In this document: piece after piece, positions 1 through 6,830 of the stretch
Layout of the letters: every line of letters begins with the position of its first letter
Position numbering within the stretch: the stretch's first letter is position 1
Program-made: the position numbers and the translations under genes
The notes under the pieces: generated by a model
What the model saw: only the letters and a program-made list of their open reading frames with translations
Told to the model about the DNA's origin: nothing
The model's database searches: none
DNA from: an uncultured archaeon
GTDB taxonomy: Archaea; Thermoplasmatota; Penumbrarchaeia; JASLWR01
DNA length: 11,530 nt
Assembly (NCBI GenBank): GCA_964342815.1
Contig: CAYFHS010000018.1
Location: 1-11,530, forward strand
Reading direction: 5' to 3'

Positions 1-54
1 CAAGTGGGGAATTTTCAAGCGCCGAAATTGGGGAAAATTGGAGCGCCGTTGACA
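1..54. mobile_element. Terminal segment of a probable IS21-family insertion sequence (element extends left of the window)
   Basis: The reverse complement of 1-54 reads TGTCAACGGCGCTCCAATTTTCCCCAATTTCGGCGCTTGAAAATTCCCCACTTG. It has a 5'-TGT end followed by two spaced copies of an AA(A/T)(A/T)TTCCCCA-containing repeat, the architecture known for IS21-family ends (TG...CA termini, multiple internal transposase-binding repeats). The upstream membrane-protein frame changes character exactly at this boundary. No istA/istB is visible in the window. Confidence 0.7.
5..48 (+). repeat. Two imperfect 20-nt direct repeats, 24-nt period (putative transposase-binding sites)
   Basis: 5-24 TGGGGAATTTTCAAGCGCCG versus 29-48 TGGGGAAAATTGGAGCGCCG; 16/20 identical. 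Confidence 0.85.
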
Positions 55-300
55 TAACAATAACATATATAATCCAGCTAAACTAAAAATAGTTAAAGCA
101 ATAATTCCCACGCCCTGTCCAAGATAATATGCGAAGGAGGAGATGATATGGCGATCACCCATCAATACTTTAGATAAACTTTCAAATAAATGTTTTTTAC
201 CTTCTTTTAAGCGGCGGATCTGATATAGATTGAAAACACCAGCGAGAGAAAATAGGAATGCTGCCAGTATTGCGATTCCTTGATTTGGTGTGTCCATCAT
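55..300 (-). pseudogene. Small two-TM membrane protein, 3' end interrupted or replaced by the IS end (frame stays open to the window edge)
   Basis: Hand translation from ATG 300: MMDTPNQGIAILAAFLFSLAGVFNLYQIRRLKEGKKHLFESLSKVLMGDRHIISSFAYYLGQGVGIIALTIFSLAGLYMLLL (82 codons), then CQRRSNFPQFRRLKIPHL from IS sequence with no stop before position 1. Two hydrophobic segments flank a basic loop. AGGAAG lies 8 nt upstream, and the gene starts 23 nt after the stop of 324..743. It is absent from the ORF track, presumably because no stop lies in the window. Confidence 0.55.
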
Positions 301-323
301 ATGCGATACTTCCTGTCTCAAGT

Positions 324-743
324 CTAATCTTCGAAAGTATATTTCAATTTCCCTTTTATGAAAACCATATACCTATAACCACGAAATGCAGGAAAAAGGT
401 TCCGAGGTTTTTTGGGTTCGATCATAATAAAGATCGCTTCTTTCTTTAGATCATCAATATATGACATTACTACATTACCACGTAATAATCCTTGATTTGT
501 GATATTATTGTTCACCAATATTTGAAATGTTCCAACTCTTTTGACAAGGTAAAACTCTATTTTACAGGTCGAATTTTGTTTTAATTTAAATTCAAATTTT
601 ATATATTTTTCATTTAACTTTTTTTTCTTTCTTATCAATATATATGAGAGTTTGATAAAATAAATTAAGTATATGATGATGAATGATAACATTAATACCA
701 TCAAGAATAATCCAATGCGCTGGCCGGTAGATATGATATTCAT
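324..743 (-). CDS. Hypothetical membrane-anchored protein (N-terminal TM, basic stretch, beta-rich soluble part)
   Basis: 139-aa ORF in very AT-rich DNA, where such length is unlikely by chance. Hydrophobic segment IGLFLMVLMLSFIIIYLIYFI is followed by RKKKK. A TATA-like box lies upstream. No family recognised. Confidence 0.65.
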   Translation of the reverse strand: MNIISTGQRIGLFLMVLMLSFIIIYLIYFIKLSYILIRKKKKLNEKYIKFEFKLKQNSTCKIEFYLVKRVGTFQILVNNNITNQGLLRGNVVMSYIDDLKKEAIFIMIEPKKPRNLFPAFRGYRYMVFIKGKLKYTFED

Positions 744-770
744 ACCTCATTAATTTTTGTTTTTCTCTCC

Positions 771-780
771 TTATATAAAA
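771..780 (-). promoter_or_regulatory. Candidate archaeal TATA box for the 324..743 / 55..300 pair
   Basis: Minus-strand TTTTATATAA ends 28 nt upstream of ATG 743, matching archaeal spacing with a very short leader. The region is AT-rich, so a chance match is possible. Confidence 0.35.
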
Positions 781-1182
781 TCCTCATACACTATAGATTT
801 TACTCTTTATTGTTCCATGAATTACAATTTCTAAGCTCTGTAACGGCTTATTAAGGAAGTTATAAGGATCGGGAGAGTGCGGGCTAGGTAGGACACCTTT
901 AAGAGACGTCCTTCATCCAGAATGACCGAAACGGTTTTTACGAGATGGGAAAACGGGAATGGAAACAATATATATGATGGAATGGATGTATAATAAATGG
1001 AGGCGAAGAACAATTCGAAATTGACTATATGAAAACAATAAAGTCTGATTTACGCTCAATAAATACATCGCGTTTTAAAGAAATCTATTATAACAATATT
1101 AATATCGAGGATTTTTTATTTTAAAATTTTACATATAAAATTACAATTAATAATCAAATCATATTTGGTTCATGGTGGAAAA

Positions 1183-1746
1183 ATGGCGCAGCGAGAAAGA
1201 AAAATGAAAGATTGCCCAATATGTGGTTGTAAACTAAATCCGAAAAATTATGAAAGACATCTTTCCAAGGTCCATGGTACTGATCCTGAAAAACAAGAGA
1301 TAGAGGATAAAAGAAAATTAACAAGAGCGGAGGAGCGGAAATTGGAATATGAACAGAGAAGCAAGAAAATAAAAATTGCATTCACTATTACATTTATTGT
1401 TGTTATTGGAATTGTGATTTATTTCATAATGTTCCCGGATGATATGTCCGTGGATAACTTATTGCCAATTGGGGACGATGAAGGTCCCATAGCAAATGCA
1501 GGTCATGATGAAACGGTAGCTGTTGGTGAAGTAATTTCATTTACCGGGACTGGTTCCGGTTCAACTGGTTCTTTTGTCCAATTTGAATGGGATTTTGATG
1601 GCGATGGGATATATGATAATAGTTGTGGAACATGCGGCAATATACAACATTCATATGATGAGGCAGGCATCTATACTGCTACATTCAGAATAACAGATAG
1701 CGCTGGTGCAACAGGAACTGATACTCGCATTATCACCGTGATCTAG
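1183..1746 (+). CDS. C2H2-type zinc finger / single TM / PKD-domain protein
   Basis: CPICGCKLNPKNYERHLSKVH (C-x2-C-x11-H-x4-H), a charged coiled segment, TM IAFTITFIVVIGIVIYFIMF, then PKD hallmarks (PIANAG, ISFTG, FEWDFDGDG, HSYDEAGIYTATFRITDSAG). ATG 1183 with GGTGG upstream is preferred over TTG 1165. Confidence 0.85.
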   Translation: MAQRERKMKDCPICGCKLNPKNYERHLSKVHGTDPEKQEIEDKRKLTRAEERKLEYEQRSKKIKIAFTITFIVVIGIVIYFIMFPDDMSVDNLLPIGDDEGPIANAGHDETVAVGEVISFTGTGSGSTGSFVQFEWDFDGDGIYDNSCGTCGNIQHSYDEAGIYTATFRITDSAGATGTDTRIITVI

Positions 1747-1883
1747 TGAAAATTCGGTCCCGGTATATTATTTTTCATAATGGAATTTCTTTAGTATTGA
1801 ATTGTTTTTCATTTGATGAAAATATGTTATGGTTTTACTCATGATTTAGCTCCTCGTAATAAAAATTAGGAAACTTAAATAGT

Positions 1884-2693
1884 TCAATCTTCAGTATTTG
1901 TATCCAACATTTTAATTTCGAATATCATCGGTCTGCCGCCCAAGTGCTTGTAATCGTCCTCTCCATATCCCTTTTCCGGGGGTATCTCCACAACCCTGCT
2001 TTGACCTTCCCTCATCCCTTTGAGGCCCTCTTCAAAACCGATAATGACCGAGTTATCCTCTGCTTCGAATTCCCCCCCCTGATTGTGGTACCATCCATAC
2101 TCATTGAATATCTCTCCACCGCCGTAATACACCAAATTGTAATCGACCTTCGCCGGGTGATTATCCAGATCAGCTTCTTCGGAGCTAAATAGATCAACAG
2201 TATTCTTTGTTGTGATATATCCGGTCCTTGACGAATTTGTCGTTGATCTCACCTTAATTTTAATTTCCTGAAAAGTGTCTTTTTCCGTAATTTCGGTGGT
2301 AATCGTTACAATTTTGTAGCCCCATTCTTCTCCCGGAATCTGATTTAATTCATCACCGCCCGAAAAGGTTACATTCCAGCTGTTCGGGGCGTCAGATTCA
2401 AAAATGAACGAATCTTCTTTTATACCAGGGTTTTTTACAAGCACCAGATATTGCGTACCCACATCGGGATCTACCAGGTGAGAACTGCATTTGTATGGTT
2501 CATGACCACCATCTTCCTCATTCATGGTCTCAACTTTCATTGGAATTGAAGATTCGATTTTTAAATTATCGTCATCATCCTCATTATTGTCCTCGGTACC
2601 ATTGTCTTTTTTATCAGCGTTGATACATCCTACACTCCAGATGACCAGTAATACAGATATGCATGCTATAAAGGTCAATGACTTGTTCAGCAT
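1884..2693 (-). CDS. Predicted lipoprotein with a C-terminal FKBP-type peptidyl-prolyl isomerase domain and an N-terminal Ig-like (COG1470/NEW3-like) domain
   Basis: Signal/lipobox MLNKSLTFIACISVLLVIWSVG-C, an acidic linker, then YLVLVKNPGIKEDSFIFESDAPNSWNVTFS (Ig-like strand pattern). FKBP core VIIGFEEGLKGMREGQSRVVEIPPEKGYG...HLGGRPMIFEIKML. ATG 2693 has GGGTG 7 nt upstream; the ORF-track start at 2744 is less likely. Confidence 0.8.
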   Translation of the reverse strand: MLNKSLTFIACISVLLVIWSVGCINADKKDNGTEDNNEDDDDNLKIESSIPMKVETMNEEDGGHEPYKCSSHLVDPDVGTQYLVLVKNPGIKEDSFIFESDAPNSWNVTFSGGDELNQIPGEEWGYKIVTITTEITEKDTFQEIKIKVRSTTNSSRTGYITTKNTVDLFSSEEADLDNHPAKVDYNLVYYGGGEIFNEYGWYHNQGGEFEAEDNSVIIGFEEGLKGMREGQSRVVEIPPEKGYGEDDYKHLGGRPMIFEIKMLDTNTED

Positions 2694-2730
2694 TTTTTTA
2701 CACCCTGATTTTGAATAATACGGCACCTCA

Positions 2731-2738
2731 TTTATAAA
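2731..2738 (-). promoter_or_regulatory. Candidate archaeal TATA box for the FKBP lipoprotein gene
   Basis: TTTATAAA would place a start site near 2706, just ahead of the GGGTG RBS (2705-2701). A minus-strand T5 run at 2783-2779, about 20 nt after the activase stop, could end the upstream operon transcript. Confidence 0.4.
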
Positions 2739-2803
2739 TATCACTTAATTTTTGTTCTTAAACGCAATATTCTCAGCCAAAAAGTACACCCATTTAGATA
2801 CAT

Positions 2804-3601
2804 CTACTGCCTTTTCAAAAACATCTTCCTCGCTATTATCGCCGCACCCGTGGCAGTCACGATCTGGGGCATTGGAGGCACTACCATCTTCCGGCCCAGT
2901 TCAACCTCAAGAGCAGCTATCATTCCGATGTTTCTTGCCGGACCCCCATCGAAGAATACGTTATCACGGATCCCCACTTTCTTTGCCATACCCACAAGTC
3001 TTCTTGCCACCGCCTTGTGTATCCCTGCAATTATATCCTCCTTCTTTTCGCCCTTGAAAATAAGTGAAGCCACTTCTGATTTAGCAAATACCAGACAGGT
3101 CGTTGTGATATCCACGGGATTCTTGGAGCTCAGAGAAAGCTCCCCCATATCGTCGAGATCGACTTCCAGAACCCGTGCTAGTATCTCCAGGAACCGTCCG
3201 GTCCCGGCGGCGCACTTGTCGTTCATGGCAAAGTTTGTCATCTTCAGATCGTCATCAAGCGCAATTACCTTGGTGTCCTGCCCCCCTATATCGATGATCG
3301 TTCGTATTTTCTGTGTTTGTGCAATATGCTGCACTCCCGTGGCATTGGCGCTTATCTCGGATATGTTCTCGTCTGCAAAGCTTACCACTCTTCTGCCGTA
3401 TCCCGTGGACACCATATAATCCACTTTCCGGGGATTGATCTTCGCCAGACGACACGCCCGCTTCATCGTCTTCTTGGCTGTCTCTTCGTGGTCGGATCCT
3501 GTGGGAGATACTGCATATCCCACAATTTCCGTATTCTTCATTACCACCACCTTTGCGTAAGTGGACCCAAGATCGATTCCCGCTGTCAGCGTATCCCCCA
3601 T
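2804..3601 (-). CDS. ATP-dependent [4Fe-4S] electron-transfer activase (HgdC/BcrAD-BadFG/DCCP-R-like, ASKHA fold)
   Basis: GIDLGSTYAK, STGYGR, DIGGQDTK, NDKCAAGTGRFLE (C130), TTCLVFAKSEV (C169), DGGPARN and a C-terminal ATGAAIIA motif. Start overlaps the upstream stop (TGATG); GGTGA lies 6 nt upstream. Confidence 0.93.
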   Translation of the reverse strand: MGDTLTAGIDLGSTYAKVVVMKNTEIVGYAVSPTGSDHEETAKKTMKRACRLAKINPRKVDYMVSTGYGRRVVSFADENISEISANATGVQHIAQTQKIRTIIDIGGQDTKVIALDDDLKMTNFAMNDKCAAGTGRFLEILARVLEVDLDDMGELSLSSKNPVDITTTCLVFAKSEVASLIFKGEKKEDIIAGIHKAVARRLVGMAKKVGIRDNVFFDGGPARNIGMIAALEVELGRKMVVPPMPQIVTATGAAIIARKMFLKRQ

Positions 3602-5874
3602 CAGGAATCACCCCCGGCTGAAGCAATGATCAATGCGGCACCGAACGCACCTACGAACATCGGTTCGTCGGCCACGGTCACACTGTGTTTCATCCTCTTT
3701 TCAAGCTCTGACACCACGTTCTCGTTGGCAGCCACTCCCCCGGCGAGCAGAATATCGCCCTTGATTCCCATGGACTTCGCTATAGCAGACACTTTTTTGG
3801 CCACCATCTCGTTCAATCCCCCTATGATATTCTCTTTGTTGATCTTTTTAGCCACCAGTGAAACCATTTCGGATTCGGCGAAAACCGTGCACGTCGCCAC
3901 AACGCAGGACGGGCAGTCAGCCGCGCATCCGAGAGCGCCCATTTCATCCGGTTCCACGCCAAGCGACGCCGCCATTGTATCGAGAAACGTTCCAGTACCC
4001 GACGAGCATTTGTCGTTGGTCTTGAACGACGACAATACTCCGCCATCATCCAGGTCCATGACCCTTATCCCCTGACCTCCTATGTCTACCACTAGTCTAA
4101 CAGAATCCATCTGGGCCTTGGCTCCCTTGGCGAAGGCCGATATCTCCGTGGCATCCATATCTGCGAACTCGATGGAGTTCTTCCCCTGCCCTGTGGCAAT
4201 AATACCGGTAATATCTTTTTTCTTCAGACGGTTCTTCCGAAGCAGCTTTCTGAACATCCGGTAACCCAGGGAGTTGGGATCCATGGTGGTGGAATCCATC
4301 AATCTGTCCTTGACCTCGCCACCGCGAACGAGAACCATTTTTGTATATAACGCACCAACGTCGATTCCTACAAAATATTCGTCCCGCGTTGACTTATCTA
4401 ATTTCTTTTTTTCCCGGCTGCTTCCCAATAATCTTTTCTCTTCGGCCAATCCCGCCAGTTCCTCCAACTTCGTATCCCCGAATCCCTTTACCTCCTCCAC
4501 CGCCTGTTTTCCTGTTTTTTTGAACTCTTTTCGGGACTTGATCATTTCCAGGAAAGCTTCCACCCTTGTCCTGATCTGCTCCACATCCCCCTCGTCATAT
4601 TCCGTCTCCAATTTCAACATGGAAATCTGATTTTTTCGGAGCTCCATATCGATCCTGGAAGCTTCCAGGTTATTCAAATGACATCCCCGAAGAACGTGGA
4701 AAAGTACACCGTCCAGATCGTATTCTTCTAAATGATTGTTCATTCTCGTTATCCTCTCGTCGTTGGGAGTGAAACACGGACATGTGCATGGATAAAGATA
4801 CCGCTCCGCAATGGCCGTCACCATGGATGACATGGACCCCTCATCGATAACCACGGGGTCTTGAAGCAGCCGAGTGCTGGAGCACAGCTCATCTATGATT
4901 ATTATCCCGTCCGATTCCTCGACAAGATTGGGGATCTTCCAGTTAGGCCACATGATGGGGGAGCCCGCCAGAAGAATCCTTGGTGAATTTTCTCTTGCCA
5001 CCCATTCCTTTCGGGATTCTAGCTCGTCTATCTCCTTCAACAGTTTTTCCATATTCTCGCACCAACGGGGCAGGTCATCAATCAGAGAAAGCTGGGAGAT
5101 CAAGATCATGTCGGCACCCCAGAGGGATACCCGGTTCCGTTTTCTCGTTTCCATCAGTTTAGTCCAGAGGCGGACCGCCTCGTTATATTGACCAATCGCG
5201 TTTCTCAGGGATGCTCTCTTTATCCGAGCTCCGGTGAGGTCCTCAAGGCGGTACATGAGAAATTTCATTTCCTCAAGCCATGTCTTTGAGTTTGTGTCGC
5301 CGGTCTTGACCCTGGGGACGTTGAGCATCAATACCGGCACGAAATCCGAAAGTATTTCACCCAGCTTCATTTTCCCGTCGCAGGTGGCCGGTGCCACAAC
5401 AAGATCGCATAGCTCAAAGTAGGGGTCCGATTCTACCATCTTGTTACCCAGTGTCGATTTCACCATGGGACACAACCCGGCATCCCCCAGCAGCTCATTG
5501 GCAGGATGAACTGGATCATAATATCCGGAACACAAACGAACAACCTTTGCTCCCGTTGCCATGATCAGTTCATTTGGTGTGAAAACACAGAGGCTTCCCA
5601 CGATCTTTCCACCCTTTTCCTTGAACTCCTTCAATTCGGCGATGCGAGGCGAGTCACAGCCGGCCATCTCGTCGAAATAGCTCATGGCCTTTGGTCGGGG
5701 TTTCATGGATTCACGGTATTCCCTGTTCCGGACTGCCATCTCCATATTTCCCTTAGTCGTCTTTTCCCTCTGTTCCTCTATGTCCTGTTTCATGTCCTCC
5801 CGCATGTAACGAGGCTGGTTCACATTCGACAGTTCGGTAATAGAGTTATCCGTTTTTTTCCTGAAAATTCCCAA
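3601..5874 (-). CDS. Fusion: double-cubane cluster protein (2-hydroxyacyl-CoA dehydratase-family fold, aa ~56-446) + activase-like ASKHA domain (aa ~500-757)
   Basis: N domain motifs RPKAMSYFD, LCVFTPNEL (C96), LCSG, LCPMVKS (C135), TCDGK (C165), PRILLAGSP, WKI, DELC (C331), CTCPCFTPN (C367), LRGCH (C398) and LKLETEY...QIRTRVEAFLEMI parallel the Carboxydothermus DCCP sequence as I recall it. C domain: GIDVG, DIGGQ, NDKC623, TC662TVFAESE, GGVA, GAFGAAL. TTG start with GAGGTG 6 nt upstream. Confidence 0.88.
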   Translation of the reverse strand: MGIFRKKTDNSITELSNVNQPRYMREDMKQDIEEQREKTTKGNMEMAVRNREYRESMKPRPKAMSYFDEMAGCDSPRIAELKEFKEKGGKIVGSLCVFTPNELIMATGAKVVRLCSGYYDPVHPANELLGDAGLCPMVKSTLGNKMVESDPYFELCDLVVAPATCDGKMKLGEILSDFVPVLMLNVPRVKTGDTNSKTWLEEMKFLMYRLEDLTGARIKRASLRNAIGQYNEAVRLWTKLMETRKRNRVSLWGADMILISQLSLIDDLPRWCENMEKLLKEIDELESRKEWVARENSPRILLAGSPIMWPNWKIPNLVEESDGIIIIDELCSSTRLLQDPVVIDEGSMSSMVTAIAERYLYPCTCPCFTPNDERITRMNNHLEEYDLDGVLFHVLRGCHLNNLEASRIDMELRKNQISMLKLETEYDEGDVEQIRTRVEAFLEMIKSRKEFKKTGKQAVEEVKGFGDTKLEELAGLAEEKRLLGSSREKKKLDKSTRDEYFVGIDVGALYTKMVLVRGGEVKDRLMDSTTMDPNSLGYRMFRKLLRKNRLKKKDITGIIATGQGKNSIEFADMDATEISAFAKGAKAQMDSVRLVVDIGGQGIRVMDLDDGGVLSSFKTNDKCSSGTGTFLDTMAASLGVEPDEMGALGCAADCPSCVVATCTVFAESEMVSLVAKKINKENIIGGLNEMVAKKVSAIAKSMGIKGDILLAGGVAANENVVSELEKRMKHSVTVADEPMFVGAFGAALIIASAGGDS

Positions 5875-5885
5875 TCTTCACACCT

Positions 5886-6830
5886 CTATTTGTTGGGTTT
5901 TGATTCAATGATCGTTTTGTTGAATGCCAGCAAACCCAGCGCACCCTGCTCGGGACAGCACTCCACGCATCTGCCGCAAAGTGTGCACTCGGGTCCTGTA
6001 ATATTTTCCTTCTCCATCTCTTCATAAACCGTATGAAAATCCTGTGGACAGACACGCAGGCATATGCGGCATTTCGTGCATTTAGCCGGGTCTTTGCGCA
6101 GCCATATCAGAGATAGTTTATTGAACAATGCCATAAGCGCACCCATGGGACATATCCTGCACCAGAACATTCTTATGAAAAATGATCCAACAACGAAAAG
6201 TACGAGAACGATAATCGCGGTAATTGGTAATGCTGCTGAAGTGATACCGAAGGGTGCCTGAAGTAATGTAAAAAAACCTTGAGCGGGACATATCTGACAG
6301 TAAGGAAGTGATAGGGTTGCGGAATATTCACCAAATCCAAGGCTCGGGATTCCAATGCTTATTGCCACCAGGAGAGTAAAGAATAAAACCGCATATTTCA
6401 GCTGGTCCAGAAGGGAGATCCATTTCCGACTCAGCTGCAAATGAGGTATTCGCAGGGACTGTCTTATGGACATCAGCAGCTCCTGGGTCAATCCGAAAGG
6501 ACAAGCCCAGGAACACCACGTTCTTCCAAGGGCAACTATCAATAATAAAATTATGAGCATGGGTGTGATCATGTCAACATAAAAGGTTGAATATCCTCCC
6601 TGTAGCCATTGTTGCAGCGAATAGTAATAGCAGTAGGTTGGAGCATTGACGATGTAGCGGCATGATGCATTGGGGAGCAGTACGTAGCGTAATGTAGGGT
6701 CTCTTCCAAATTCGAACATTCCGAACAGAAGGCTGTTCAGGAGTATGAATATAAAAAATGCGATGAGCCTGCGGATAATGGTGATCCGTTTCTGTTTCGC
6801 CCATTCTTTCAACGACAAAATGAGACTCAT
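5886..6830 (-). CDS. Membrane polyferredoxin, NapH/MauN/RdxA-like 4Fe-4S binding protein
   Basis: Multiple TM segments; GRTWCSWACPFG, YCQICPAQG and FWCRICPMG motifs; two C-terminal ferredoxin motifs CTKCRICLRVCP and CTLCGRCVECCP. ATG 6830 (GGAGG 6 nt upstream, overlapping the upstream TGA) is preferred over 6851. Confidence 0.9.
   Translation of the reverse strand: MSLILSLKEWAKQKRITIIRRLIAFFIFILLNSLLFGMFEFGRDPTLRYVLLPNASCRYIVNAPTYCYYYSLQQWLQGGYSTFYVDMITPMLIILLLIVALGRTWCSWACPFGLTQELLMSIRQSLRIPHLQLSRKWISLLDQLKYAVLFFTLLVAISIGIPSLGFGEYSATLSLPYCQICPAQGFFTLLQAPFGITSAALPITAIIVLVLFVVGSFFIRMFWCRICPMGALMALFNKLSLIWLRKDPAKCTKCRICLRVCPQDFHTVYEEMEKENITGPECTLCGRCVECCPEQGALGLLAFNKTIIESKPNK

Noticed and set aside
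49-73. TTGACA (49-54) and TATAAT (68-73) as a sigma70 promoter
   Set aside because: The spacer is 13 nt rather than 16-18. TTGACA is simply the IS terminus, and the host looks archaeal.
134-223. AAGGAGG followed by ATGs at 143/148 giving 26-aa or 9-aa plus-strand peptides
   Set aside because: The SD-like run is explained by the Ile-Ser-Ser-Phe codons of the minus-strand membrane-protein frame.
877-960. GTGCG as the 5' end of a group II intron
   Set aside because: No domain V/VI consensus and no RT ORF nearby; a 5-mer match is expected by chance.
831-1013. 60-aa minus-strand ORF
   Set aside because: TTG start with no RBS, no ATG upstream in frame and no recognisable motif.
1806-1822. TTTTCAT-TTG-ATGAAAA inverted repeat between convergent genes as a terminator or operator
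   Set aside because: A short AT-only stem with a 3-nt loop in AT-rich DNA; not distinguishable from chance.
3889-3927. Radical SAM enzyme call from the CX3CX2C motif
   Set aside because: The motif sits inside an ASKHA activase fold, lacks the aromatic residue before the third Cys, and no TIM-barrel radical SAM motifs follow.
2804-5874. Calling this 2-hydroxyglutaryl-CoA dehydratase (hgdABC) or benzoyl-CoA reductase (bcrABCD)
   Set aside because: Those enzymes need two different catalytic subunits. Here a single chain carries six candidate ligands and DCCP-like motifs, and no CoA-pathway genes are adjacent. No gene symbol was assigned.
2850-6027. Long alternative ORFs (2850..3419+, 3317..4075+, 4274..4630+, 5506..6027+, 3255..3626-) and similar ones elsewhere, e.g. 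6888..7352+, 8403..8783-
   Set aside because: They are antisense or off-frame shadows of well-supported genes and carry no motifs or RBS.
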